A DNA stretch of 64,000 nt from Thermoanaerobaculia bacterium (GTDB taxonomy: Bacteria; Acidobacteriota; Thermoanaerobaculia; Multivoradales; JAHEKO01): NCBI GenBank assembly GCA_046756565.1, contig JBHHWO010000001.1, forward strand, positions 18,332 to 82,331. The letters are read 5' to 3'. Both the position numbers and the translations under genes were made by a program. The number at the start of each line of letters is the position of its first letter. The stretch's first letter is position 1. A model generated the notes under the pieces. It did no database searches. It was not told the DNA's origin and saw nothing but the letters and a program-made list of their open reading frames with translations. Positions 8,523-19,366 of the stretch are shown here, piece by piece.

Positions 8523-9986
8523 ATGATTCGCCCCACGATGTTCTTCAGCGTTTCGTGGAGGGCGCTCCGCCGCGGGCGCCTCGGACCGTTGATCTGCCTC
8601 GCCGTCCTCGGCTGCCAGCCGGCTCCCGAAGAAGCTGTCGCACCGGCCGGCCAGGCGAGCGTCGGACTGCTGGTTTCGGGCGGAACGGTGGTCACGATGG
8701 ATGCCGCGGGGACCGTGGTCTCCGACGGCGCCGTAGCGATCGAAGACGGCGAGATCCTGGCGGTCGGCGGCCGCGCCGAGCTGGAATCCGAATACGGGAG
8801 ATTCCGTCGCGTGCCAGCCGGCGGCGGCGTCATCCTGCCCGGCCTGATCAACGCGCACACTCACGTACCGATGGTCTTGTTTCGCGGACTAGCCGACGAT
8901 CTCGAGCTCATGGATTGGCTGGAGAATCACATCTTTCCGGCCGAGGCCGAGCACGTCGACGAGGAGTTCGTGCGCGTCGGCACCCGGCTCGCCTGCCTCG
9001 AGATGCTCCTCGGTGGGATCACCACCTTCGTGGACGGCTATTACTTCGAGGATGCGATCGCGGAAGAGGCCGAAGCCTGCGGGATGCGCGCGGTCCTGGG
9101 CTCGACCTTGATCGACTTTCCGGCACCCGACAACAAGACCTGGGACGACGCGGTCGACTACGCGCGAGCTTTCGTCGGGAAGTGGCGCGGACACCCCACG
9201 ATCACAGCGGCCCTGGGGCCTCACTCGCCATACACCGTGTCGGCTGAGCACCTCAAGGAGGCCCATGCTGTGGCGACCGAGCTCGGTGCGCCGCTTCTGA
9301 TCCACCTGGCCGAGGATCGCGGTGAGATCGAGCGAGTGACGCGGGCGACCGGCATGACCTCGGTCGACTACCTCGACAGCTTGGGGCTTCTCGACAGCCG
9401 GATGCTCGCGGCGCACATGGTGTGGCCGACTCCGAGCGAGATTCAGCTTCTCGCTGAGCGCGGCGTCAGCGTAGCGCACTGCCCGCAGTCGAACATGAAA
9501 GTCGCCGCCGGCGTGGCGCCGGTACCCGCCATGCTCGCGGCCGGCGTCGCGGTCGGTATCGGAACCGATGGAGCCGCCTCCAACAACGACCTCAATCTCT
9601 GGGAAGAGATCGACAGCGCCGCCAAGCTGGCGAAGGTCACCGCCGCCGACCCGACCGTGGTCAGCGCTCGCGAGGCCATGGCGCTGGCGACGATCGGCGG
9701 CGCGCGCGCCCTCGATATGGAGCACCTGATCGGCTCGCTCGAGACCGGCAAGCGGGCCGATCTGATCGTGGTCTCCGCCGCGGGAGTCCATCAGCAGCCC
9801 CAGCCCACCGGCGAGAACCCCTACTCGCTTCTGACCTACGCGACCAAGGCTTCCGACGTCCAAACCGTGATCATCGAAGGGCGCTTGGTGGTCGAGAACC
9901 GCGAGGTTCTGACCCTGGATGCAGGCACGGTGTTGGCGGACGCCGCGAGGGTGCGGCGCCGGATGACGGAGGGGCCCCAGGGCTAA
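8523..9986 (+). CDS. Amidohydrolase of the MtaD / TRZ-ATZ deaminase family with a lipoprotein-type signal peptide
   Basis: Metal-binding motif GLINAHTHVPMVLFRGLADD, plus HLAED, GIGTDGAASNN and CPQSNMK. The N-terminus from the ATG at 8523 is MIRPTMFFSVSWRALRRGRLGPLICLAVLGCQ (lipobox LGC). The upstream part of track ORF 8208..9986 overlaps the divergent gene and is not protein-like. Confidence 0.85.
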   Translation: MIRPTMFFSVSWRALRRGRLGPLICLAVLGCQPAPEEAVAPAGQASVGLLVSGGTVVTMDAAGTVVSDGAVAIEDGEILAVGGRAELESEYGRFRRVPAGGGVILPGLINAHTHVPMVLFRGLADDLELMDWLENHIFPAEAEHVDEEFVRVGTRLACLEMLLGGITTFVDGYYFEDAIAEEAEACGMRAVLGSTLIDFPAPDNKTWDDAVDYARAFVGKWRGHPTITAALGPHSPYTVSAEHLKEAHAVATELGAPLLIHLAEDRGEIERVTRATGMTSVDYLDSLGLLDSRMLAAHMVWPTPSEIQLLAERGVSVAHCPQSNMKVAAGVAPVPAMLAAGVAVGIGTDGAASNNDLNLWEEIDSAAKLAKVTAADPTVVSAREAMALATIGGARALDMEHLIGSLETGKRADLIVVSAAGVHQQPQPTGENPYSLLTYATKASDVQTVIIEGRLVVENREVLTLDAGTVLADAARVRRRMTEGPQG

Positions 9987-9996
9987 GCATCTACCG

Positions 9997-10734
9997 ATGC
10001 CCGCGGTTGACCGCCTTCGCTTGCTCTTGCTTCAGATCCGGGAGCCGGACGATCCTGTGATCGAGGAGGAGCGGGCCTCGTTCGCGGACAAGGCGGGAAT
10101 CGCGGTCGAGCAGATTCTGCTTCACAATCTGCTCGACGGTCCACCGACCCATGCCGAGATAGGGGCCTGCGACGGCTTGCTGGTGGGCGGGAGCGGCGAC
10201 TACTACGTCTCCAAAGGGCACATGCCCGGCTTCGACGAGCTCATGCGGTTCTTCGTCCAGGTCGCCGAGCGCGGCTACCCGACTTTTGCCTCCTGCTTCG
10301 GCTTCCAGCTCATGGTGAAGGCTCTAGGGGGCCACATCGTCCACGATCCCGCCAACACCGAGCTGGGGACCCTCGAGCTGGCCCTGACCGACGCGGGCGC
10401 CAACGACCCGCTCATGAGAGGACTGCCGGCGCGCTTCAACGCCCAGCTCGGCCACAAGGATCGCGCTGACCGATTGCCCCCCGGATTCCAGAACCTCGCG
10501 ACCGGGCCACTATGCCACTACCAAGCCTTTCGAGTCCCGGACAAACCGATCTGGGCGACCCAGTTCCACCCGGAGCTCGACGGTCACACCAATCGAGGAC
10601 GGTACCTTCGGTACCTCGAGGGCTACGCTCAGCACCTCACCGAAGAGGAGCAGCAAAAAGCTCTCGAGAACTACCGCGACAGCCCCGAGACCGAACACCT
10701 GCTCAAGCGCTTCATCGAGCTGGTTTTCAACTGA
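9997..10734 (+). CDS. Class I (type 1) glutamine amidotransferase-like protein
   Basis: Nucleophile-elbow motif ASCFGFQLMVKALGG and downstream ATQFHPE, typical of the GATase1 / GMP-synthase-like amidotransferase domain. Confidence 0.85.
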   Translation: MPAVDRLRLLLLQIREPDDPVIEEERASFADKAGIAVEQILLHNLLDGPPTHAEIGACDGLLVGGSGDYYVSKGHMPGFDELMRFFVQVAERGYPTFASCFGFQLMVKALGGHIVHDPANTELGTLELALTDAGANDPLMRGLPARFNAQLGHKDRADRLPPGFQNLATGPLCHYQAFRVPDKPIWATQFHPELDGHTNRGRYLRYLEGYAQHLTEEEQQKALENYRDSPETEHLLKRFIELVFN

Positions 10735-10764
10735 ACCGAGCAGGTTACACAGGAGTACCTCAAA

Positions 10765-11355
10765 ATGGCCCACGTGGAACCCCTTCCCGCCGATGCGAAT
10801 CCCGAGCTGGCCGACGCTTTCGAGACCTTCGAGCGGATCCTGGGCTTCGTGCCCAACAGCCTGCTCACCATGCAGCGCTGCCCCGAAATCGTCGAGGGCT
10901 TCGGTGCGCTGACCCGCTCGATCATGCACGACGCCGGTGGAGTCGATCTGGGCTTCCTGCGCCTCGCGGCTCATATCGCGAGCCGGGCGGCGGGCTGCCG
11001 GTATTGCGAGGCCCATTCGCTGGTGGCAGCACAGATCCACGGCGTGAGCAAGGAGAAGGTCGACGCGATCTGGGACTACCGGACTTCGCCGCGCTACACC
11101 GAGGCCGAGCGCGCGGCCCTCGATTTCGCCGCCGCGGCCGGCGCCGTGCCCAACGCGGTGGATGACGACATCATGGCCAACCTCAAGGTCCACTGGAGCG
11201 AAGAGCAGATCGTAAGGATCCTGGCAGCGGTGAGCCTCTACGGCTTCCTCAACCGCTGGAACGACTCGATGGCGACGACTCTCGAATCGGCGCCCAAGGA
11301 AGTCGCCGACCGGGCGTTGACGCCGCGCGGTTGGGACGAAGGCAAACACGGATAG
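10765..11355 (+). CDS. Carboxymuconolactone decarboxylase / AhpD-like peroxidase-related protein
   Basis: CxxC-His motif AAGCRYCEAHS, a second-half TEAERAALDFA helix pattern, and a ~195-aa size typical of the CMD/AhpD-like family. Confidence 0.8.
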   Translation: MAHVEPLPADANPELADAFETFERILGFVPNSLLTMQRCPEIVEGFGALTRSIMHDAGGVDLGFLRLAAHIASRAAGCRYCEAHSLVAAQIHGVSKEKVDAIWDYRTSPRYTEAERAALDFAAAAGAVPNAVDDDIMANLKVHWSEEQIVRILAAVSLYGFLNRWNDSMATTLESAPKEVADRALTPRGWDEGKHG

Positions 11356-11812
11356 CCCGAGGTGAGTTCCGTCTGTTGTCGGCGCATCGGCAGCGATCGA
11401 CAATAGCATTGGCAGCGCGTCCCTCGCTCCGCACTCGGCGGAGTCGATCCGCCTGGGCCTCATTCGTCGCGGCCTCGGACGGCGCGACACGGTCATCAGA
11501 GCATGGCGCCTTCGGCTCGACCCTGCGGGTGGGTGCTCGCCGTGAAAGGCACCTCGGCCCAACGCCGGGCACAGAGGCCCGACGCTACTCCTTCTGAATG
11601 GATGCCTCGCCTCCGGCCTCGAATCACTCCGCTCCCCGACGGCCTCCGGACGCTGGTGCCGTATCCACTGCAGTTCCGGAGCACGCCAGGTAGCGCAGCC
11701 ACCTGTGGGCGGCGCTCGAAGGTACCTCTAGCGTGTAGCGGCCACCAAGAAATGGGGCTCCTGATCCTGCTAAACTTCGGCCTCCCCGCGACTTACCCGT
11801 CCCCGAGGTCCA

Positions 11813-13666
11813 ATGCTCCGCGTAGTCCAACAGAATACCCACACCAGGGAACTCCCCTTCTTCATCCAGACCACCCGCCCGGTGACCTTCGCCGCCGGGT
11901 TCCATGCGGAGGAGGGAGTCGGTCTCGACGCCTTCACTTGGATGTCTGAGAGCGGAGTCATCGAGTTCGAGGCCGAGGCGGTGGCGCGATTTCTCGAGTT
12001 CGAGGTCTTCTGCGAGTTCTATGACTTGTCGCAGCACCTGACCACCAGCAATGCGGACGAAGCGCAAGAGCTCGAGCTGGTGCGGGGCTGGAACCGGGCC
12101 TCGGTCGCGGTCGCCCCCGGGAGCACGAGCGTGGCGGTCGAAGCCAGCAAGCTCTACCCGCTCGAGTACTACCCCGGGGATCCCCGTGCGCTGGCCGTGC
12201 GCTTCCGGATGCCACGTCTTCACCAGGACGCCGAGCGGCATCGCCACGTCACCCACCAGCACGCCAACACGGTGCTCAACCGCCGGGAGATGCTCGACGG
12301 CAAGCACTTCTTGACCTCGACGGCTCCGGCGCTCGGCATCGACATGTACGGCGTCTGCAACGTCAAGCCGGCCTGCGTCTACTGCGAGTGGGATTTCTCC
12401 AAGGCCCAGGAGGGCGACTACGTCGACGCTCCGTTCGACGCCAGCCTGCTCGAAGAATGGGGCGACTTCTTCGATAACTCGAAGGACCTCATCAACTGCT
12501 CGATCGGCGAGCCGTTCATGATGAAGAACTTCGACGAGCTCATGGACATCTTCGGCGACCGCGGAAAGTTCCTCGAGATCACGACCAACGGCCAGATCCT
12601 GACTGACAAGAACATCGAAAAGCTCCTCGGCCGAAACATCGATCTCTACATCTCGCTCGACGCAGGCACGCCCGAGACCTATGCCAAGGTCCGCAATGAC
12701 CGGTTCGACGACATCCTGGTCAATCTAAGACGCCTGATTCGAGCCAAGGGTGGATCCGGCCAGCTCCCCCGGATCAACCTGGTGTTCATGCCGATGAAAG
12801 TCAACGTCCACGAGCTCGAGGACTTCGTCAAAATCTGCGCCGATCTGGACGTCGACCGCATGATCTTGCGGCCACTCAACTACAGCGAGATCACCAATCT
12901 CGACTGGGAGCGGGGCGGCTATCACTTCAGCTACCGCAAGGAGCTCCTGCCCTTCGATGTCCTGGCCCGGACGAGCGCTCTGGCCGCCCATCTGGCACGC
13001 AAGTACGGCGTCGAGATCTCGGATCAGATGGATTTCGGCAGCGCCGAGGCCGAGGCCTTTGCGCACGAATTCGCCGCCGAGGAATACCAAGAGGCGCCGG
13101 AGGGCGCAAAAGCCGCCGCGAGCGAGGTGCCGACGCCGGCGACTCCGATCTCCGGCAATCCGATCGCGATGACCGCAATGGAAGTCGCGGATGCCGAGCC
13201 GGAATCCGAGCTTCCCCCCCTGGGAGAGGACAAGGTGCCCATGTGTACCGAGCCCTGGAAGAGCCTCTACATCCTGCGGCGCGGGGTGCTGCCCTGTTGC
13301 TATGGATCGGCTCGCGCCGGCCAGATGGACGAGTACCGCGACGCCTGGAATTCCCAGTTGTTCCAGGATCTTCGCCGCGAGCTCTCAGCCGGCCGCTTCC
13401 ACTACTACTGCCTGGATTCCCAGGCCTGCCCGCTGGTGCGCAAGGCCGAGGCTGCCGGCGAGCTGCCGAAAGCCCAGATCGCCTTCATGCGCTTCTGGAC
13501 CAAGTGGTACTGGCTGGACCGCCGCCTCTGGGGCCTACCCGGCAAGTACCTCTTCACGCCCGCCAAGTACGTCGCCATTCGAATCTTGAGGGTCGTGAGC
13601 GAAGAGGGCTACACCAAGCGGGTTCTCGGTAGGTACTGGCGACGTCTGCGCGGCGCCGAGGGGTAG
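11813..13666 (+). CDS. Radical SAM enzyme with an unknown N-terminal domain, an acidic linker and a Cys-rich SPASM/twitch-like C-terminal region
   Basis: Cluster motif GVCNVKPACVYCEW (CX5CX2C rather than CX3CX2C). Downstream GEPFMMKNF, EITTNGQIL and YISLDAG are typical radical-SAM core strands. The C-terminal region has CTEPWKSLYILRRGVLPCCYG ... YYCLDSQACPLV. Confidence 0.75.
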   Translation: MLRVVQQNTHTRELPFFIQTTRPVTFAAGFHAEEGVGLDAFTWMSESGVIEFEAEAVARFLEFEVFCEFYDLSQHLTTSNADEAQELELVRGWNRASVAVAPGSTSVAVEASKLYPLEYYPGDPRALAVRFRMPRLHQDAERHRHVTHQHANTVLNRREMLDGKHFLTSTAPALGIDMYGVCNVKPACVYCEWDFSKAQEGDYVDAPFDASLLEEWGDFFDNSKDLINCSIGEPFMMKNFDELMDIFGDRGKFLEITTNGQILTDKNIEKLLGRNIDLYISLDAGTPETYAKVRNDRFDDILVNLRRLIRAKGGSGQLPRINLVFMPMKVNVHELEDFVKICADLDVDRMILRPLNYSEITNLDWERGGYHFSYRKELLPFDVLARTSALAAHLARKYGVEISDQMDFGSAEAEAFAHEFAAEEYQEAPEGAKAAASEVPTPATPISGNPIAMTAMEVADAEPESELPPLGEDKVPMCTEPWKSLYILRRGVLPCCYGSARAGQMDEYRDAWNSQLFQDLRRELSAGRFHYYCLDSQACPLVRKAEAAGELPKAQIAFMRFWTKWYWLDRRLWGLPGKYLFTPAKYVAIRILRVVSEEGYTKRVLGRYWRRLRGAEG

Positions 13667-13695
13667 AGAGCCCGGGCGTCTCAAGATCCCACGGT

Positions 13696-13771
13696 GTCAT
13701 CCTGAGCGCAGCGAAGGATCTCGGAGAAGAGGGCTCTTCCCCCCGGGATTCCTCGCTGCGCTCCGAATGAC
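13696..13771. repeat. REP-like imperfect palindrome between convergent genes; probable bidirectional terminator hairpin
   Basis: Left arm gtcatcctgagcgcagcgaaggatc (13696-13720). The reverse complement of the right arm (13747-13771) is gtcattcggagcgcagcgaggaatc. 21 of 25 positions match, with a 26-nt spacer. It sits between the radical SAM stop (13666) and the malic enzyme stop (13803). Confidence 0.5.
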
Positions 13772-13802
13772 GTGGCGAGAACGACCTCTCGGAGGCTACC
13801 GG

Positions 13803-15506
13803 TCAGACCGGCACCAGATCCGGGTATTCTGGCTCCCACATGAAGGCGTCGACCGCAGCCGCAGGATCTTCCAAGTTCCCCTCCCGACCGACACCATCGG
13901 CAGCGGCCTGGACGGCTACGGCAACCGCCACGTCTCGGGTGACCTCGCGCAGTCGCGACACCGCCGGGTAGAGCGAGAACGAAGCCAGCTCGTCCTCGGA
14001 CACCGCAGCGGCCAGCGCATCGGCCGCAGCCGTGAACATGGCGTCGGTGATCTCGCGAGCCTCCGCCGCCAGAGCCCCCAGGCCGACCCCCGGGAAGATG
14101 AAGGCGTTGTTGCCCTGACCCACCCGATGCTCGTGCCCCTCGTGCGCGACGGGGTCGAACGGGCTACCGGTGGCGATGAGGGCCCTACCGTCGGTCCATC
14201 GAACCACGTCGGCGGGCTCGGCCTCCGACAGGCGGTTGGGATTCGAGAACGGAAACACCAGCGGACGCTCGGTATTCGAGGCCATAGTCCGGACGACGTC
14301 CTCCGAGAACATTCCCGCCTGACCCGAAGTACCGATGAGGATCGTCGGCCGGTAGTTGCGTACGACGTCGAAGAGCGAATCGCCGGCGGCGAGACCCATG
14401 CTCGCGGCCAACTCCGCGGGCCAGGCCAGGAGTGGCTTGATTCCAGTCAGGCCCTCCCGGCCGGCGATCAGAGGGCCACGAGAGTCCAGGACGGCGACGG
14501 ACTGGACCAGATCGTCGCCGGCCAGGCCGGCGTCGGCCAGAGCGGCCTTGAGCTGATGGGCGATTCCGCCGCCTGCAGCGCCGGCGCCTACGATCAGCAC
14601 GCGGTGATCGGCGAGTGCATCGCCAGTAATCCGCCCCGCGGCCAGTATTCCGGCCAGCGCCGTAGCGCCGGTGCCCTGAACGTCGTCGTTGAAGGACAGA
14701 ACCCGCGAGCGATATCGCTCCAGAAGCTCGTGTGCGTTCTCGTTGCGAAAGTCCTCCCACTGGATCAGAGCCCCGGGGAAGCGCTTGGTCACCTCCTCGA
14801 CGAACTCGTTCACCAAGTCGAAGTACTCGTCGCCTTCGAGCCGCGGCTTGCGCCATCCGAGATAGAGCTCGTCTTCAAGGAGGTCTTGGTTGTTGGTGCC
14901 GACGTCGAGCGAGACCGGCAACGTCATCGCCGGATGGATGCCCGCGGCGGCGCAGTAGATCGCGAGCTTCCCGACCGGAATCACCATGCCACCGGCGCCC
15001 TGATCGCCGATCCCGAGGATCGCCTGGTTATCGGTCACCACAATCAGCCGCACGTCGGGAAACGGCGCGTTGGCGAGGACCTCTTCGAGCCGACCACGGT
15101 GGTCGGGGGTGATCCACATGCCGCGCGCTCGTCTGAAGATGCGGCTGAACTCCCTCGACGCCTGACCCACGGTGGGCGTGTAGACGACCGGCAGGAACTC
15201 CTCGAGGTTGTCGAGCAGAACCCTGTAGAACAGATGCTCGTTTCGATCCTGTAGCGCCGCCAGTCCGATGTACTGCTCGATCGGCTCGGTCTTGCGGACG
15301 ATATTGCCGTGGACCCGGCGGGCCTGGAGAGCCATCGAGCTGACCGCCTGCGGCAAGAGGCCCTCGAGCTCGAAAAGCCGGCGCTCCTCGGGCGAGAAGG
15401 CCGAGCTCTTGTTGTACATGGGCTGCTCGATCAGCTCGGCGCCGCGATGCGGCACCTCGAACTTGTAGCGCCCGTCTTCGCCGCGATTGTCGAAAAAGCT
15501 AGACAC
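13803..15506 (-). CDS. maeA: NAD(P)-dependent malic enzyme (oxaloacetate-decarboxylating)
   Basis: 567 aa. Contains YNKSSAFSPEERRLFELEGLLP, VYTPTVG, FNDDVQGTGA, LIVGAGAAGGGIA and FPFSNP, all hallmark malic enzyme blocks. Confidence 0.93.
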   Translation of the reverse strand: MSSFFDNRGEDGRYKFEVPHRGAELIEQPMYNKSSAFSPEERRLFELEGLLPQAVSSMALQARRVHGNIVRKTEPIEQYIGLAALQDRNEHLFYRVLLDNLEEFLPVVYTPTVGQASREFSRIFRRARGMWITPDHRGRLEEVLANAPFPDVRLIVVTDNQAILGIGDQGAGGMVIPVGKLAIYCAAAGIHPAMTLPVSLDVGTNNQDLLEDELYLGWRKPRLEGDEYFDLVNEFVEEVTKRFPGALIQWEDFRNENAHELLERYRSRVLSFNDDVQGTGATALAGILAAGRITGDALADHRVLIVGAGAAGGGIAHQLKAALADAGLAGDDLVQSVAVLDSRGPLIAGREGLTGIKPLLAWPAELAASMGLAAGDSLFDVVRNYRPTILIGTSGQAGMFSEDVVRTMASNTERPLVFPFSNPNRLSEAEPADVVRWTDGRALIATGSPFDPVAHEGHEHRVGQGNNAFIFPGVGLGALAAEAREITDAMFTAAADALAAAVSEDELASFSLYPAVSRLREVTRDVAVAVAVQAAADGVGREGNLEDPAAAVDAFMWEPEYPDLVPV

Positions 15507-15551
15507 GGCTGGTCACGGAGAAAGCTTGGCCTCGAGGCGGCCCGATAACGA

Positions 15552-16337
15552 TCAGGACCCGCCTTCGCTCGGAGCCTCCGGTGGCACCGTGAGCTCCTGG
15601 ATCTGCTGCTTCACCCGCTCGTTATCGGGGTCGAACTCGAGAATCCTCTCGAGCGCCGAAACCGCTGCATCGGTATTGCCACGCCGCATCTCGATACCGG
15701 CGAGCGTGCCCAGGGCCCAGCTCGACTCCGGGGTGTGAGTGAGGCTCTCATCCAAGAGCGCAATCGCTCCGTCGGCATTCTGCCCGGCCAAGGCCTCGGC
15801 CGCCTGAATCAACGTGGTCTCCGAGAAATCGTACGATCCGGCCCCGTAGTGCTCGCCACGCAGCTCACGGTACTTGGCCACCGCCGCTTCGGCGCCTTCC
15901 GACCCGCCGACCTCGACCAGAATGTCGCGCAGCTGCTCGGGCCTGGCCACGCCTCTGTGGCAGGTCACGCATTGAACCCGCAGGGCGGCACCGGCCTCCG
16001 AGTCGAACTGGCTCAGGTGCCCGGCGTTGATGTCGTCCATCATCTTGAGCATCAGCCGAGCCTTCTTCTTGGTGTCTTTTTCGTCGGAGGCAAAATCGAA
16101 TGTCGCGAGCGGTTGGCCTTCTTCGCCGACGTGGCAGTGCTGGCATCTCACACCGAGACCCATTGCGAATCCCCGCATGGTCCCCATGAGCTCGCGAAAG
16201 TCGGTGTCCTCGGGGAAGTGTTGAAGGTTCTTGACCTCGGGCGGCCACTGGGCCGCGGCTGGCGTCCCGGCGCCCAGACACGGCAGGCAAATCAGGGCGA
16301 CTAGCGCCGCCCGCATCGAGAATCGCATCACTGGCAT
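15552..16337 (-). CDS. Secreted dihaem c-type cytochrome (reaction-centre cytochrome c subunit-like fold) with a C-terminal TPR segment
   Basis: Signal peptide MPVMRFSMRAALVALICLPCLGAGTPAAAQ. Two CxxCH motifs (CQHCH, CVTCH). The C-terminal AEALAGQNADGAIALLDESL...GNTDAAVSALERILEFDPDN is TPR-like. Confidence 0.8.
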   Translation of the reverse strand: MPVMRFSMRAALVALICLPCLGAGTPAAAQWPPEVKNLQHFPEDTDFRELMGTMRGFAMGLGVRCQHCHVGEEGQPLATFDFASDEKDTKKKARLMLKMMDDINAGHLSQFDSEAGAALRVQCVTCHRGVARPEQLRDILVEVGGSEGAEAAVAKYRELRGEHYGAGSYDFSETTLIQAAEALAGQNADGAIALLDESLTHTPESSWALGTLAGIEMRRGNTDAAVSALERILEFDPDNERVKQQIQELTVPPEAPSEGGS

Positions 16338-16424
16338 AGGGACCTCCTGTTCGAGTTCTTGGTTCCGCAGAGTATCAACGGACCGAGCCGCCTTTGAAAG
16401 TCTGCTACCAGTTACGTACGCAAC

Positions 16425-16459
16425 GGAAACAAAAAAGGTCCTCTCCGAAGAGAGGACCT
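16425..16459 (-). terminator. Rho-independent terminator of the RRM protein gene
   Basis: The minus strand reads aggtcctctc-ttcg-gagaggacct followed by tttttgtttcc. This is a 10-bp perfect stem with a tetraloop and a T-tract, about 50 nt after the stop at 16512. Confidence 0.85.
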
Positions 16460-16511
16460 ATCAGGTCGATCGCCGAGCCGAGATCCCGAGATCTCCCGGC
16501 CCGCAGCTCGA

Positions 16512-16808
16512 CTACCAGCCGCCGCGATTGCCGCGACCGCCGAAGCCGCCGCCGCCACCGCCTTCGCGGCGCGGACGCGCTTCGTTGACGCGCAGGCTTC
16601 TGCCGCCCATGTCCTTGCCGTCCAGAGCGGAGATCGCAGCGACGGCGCCGTCGTCATCCATCTCGACGAAACCGAAGCCGCGGGGGCGGCCGGTCTCACG
16701 ATCTGTGATGAGGTTGACGCTCTCGACGCTACCGTGCTCGCCGAACAGGTCTCGGACTTCGCCGTCAGTTGCGCTATAGGGCAGATTGCCCACGTAGATC
16801 TTTTTCAT
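16512..16808 (-). CDS. RRM-type (RNP-1) RNA-binding protein with a Gly/Arg-rich tail
   Basis: MKKIYVGNLPYSATDGEVRDLFGEHG (RNP-2), RPRGFGFVEM (RNP-1), and a C-terminal REGGGGGGFGGRGNRGGW. Confidence 0.93.
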   Translation of the reverse strand: MKKIYVGNLPYSATDGEVRDLFGEHGSVESVNLITDRETGRPRGFGFVEMDDDGAVAAISALDGKDMGGRSLRVNEARPRREGGGGGGFGGRGNRGGW

Positions 16809-17088
16809 TTTCTTCTAGCTCACAATCCTTCGAATGAGTGCGCTCGGGCAGATGCTTGTCGGCGCACAGTTACTGAAACTGGTTCCGCACGTCGGAACCC
16901 TCGACGGGAGCCTCGCCTAATGGGAGTTTGGGAAAGCGATTACTTCTGAAAAGGACTCGGGTTTCTCAGGGTTCGCGCGCCCCGGACGGGGCACCCTGCT
17001 CTCGTGGATCACCAGCATAGGGGAGATGGACCGTTTTGTCCAGGCACATTCGCCGGAGGCCGCCAATCGATAAGTCCCGATCTGACGC

Positions 17089-18900
<1,812 letters not shown>

Positions 18901-18908
18901 GGCGGGGC

Positions 18909-18941
18909 AATCAAAAGGGACACCCTCCTCGAGGGTGTCCC
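18909..18941 (-). terminator. Terminator-like hairpin plus T-tract ending ~9 nt upstream of the typA start codon
   Basis: The minus strand reads gggacaccctc-gag-gagggtgtccc followed by ttttgatt, then gccccgcc and ATG. The stem is 11 bp. It lies at the end of a 466-bp non-coding gap. Confidence 0.45.
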
Positions 18942-19366
18942 GCGGGGCGCGCAGAGTACCACGGTGATGGTGAGCCGACGCGCTTGTCGCTCGTCCGAGT
19001 CAGCACGCCAGGCTGGCCTGCTTGACCAAGCGTGACGCTCCGATAGCGAGGCCGACAACTCGAGCCGTCTCCCGCGCCGTTCGCCATGTTCAAACGCTCG
19101 AGGTGAGGCCTCGCGGTCTGGACCTGGGCTCGCGCGGTTGGCGTTGAGGCCTGCCTTCGGTTGCGCTCGAGTTAGGCTCCATGCAAACGCCGGTGCTGTG
19201 CCTGAACGGCCGGCCGCGTGCCTCTTACTCGCGAGCGTTTACCCGAGTCTTCGAGGGGCGAGCGAGAAGACGGCACCGGCGGCCTTCAATCGGCACGAGC
19301 AACCGCAGAGATCCGCTTGAAGACCAGTCGGGAGGGGACACCAGGAATAGTGCCCCGAGAAAACGC

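Noticed and set aside
8505-8864. A 120-aa N-terminal extension of ORF 6231..8864.
   Set aside because: The extension overlaps the divergent amidohydrolase gene and is not protein-like. The internal Met at 8504 gives a proper signal peptide.
11356-11812. A RiPP precursor peptide or pseudogene upstream of the radical SAM gene.
   Set aside because: Only Arg-rich overlapping frames (11331..11597, 11503..11949) are present, with no SD/ATG-led small ORF that has a plausible leader/core. The region is left as unexplained non-coding DNA.
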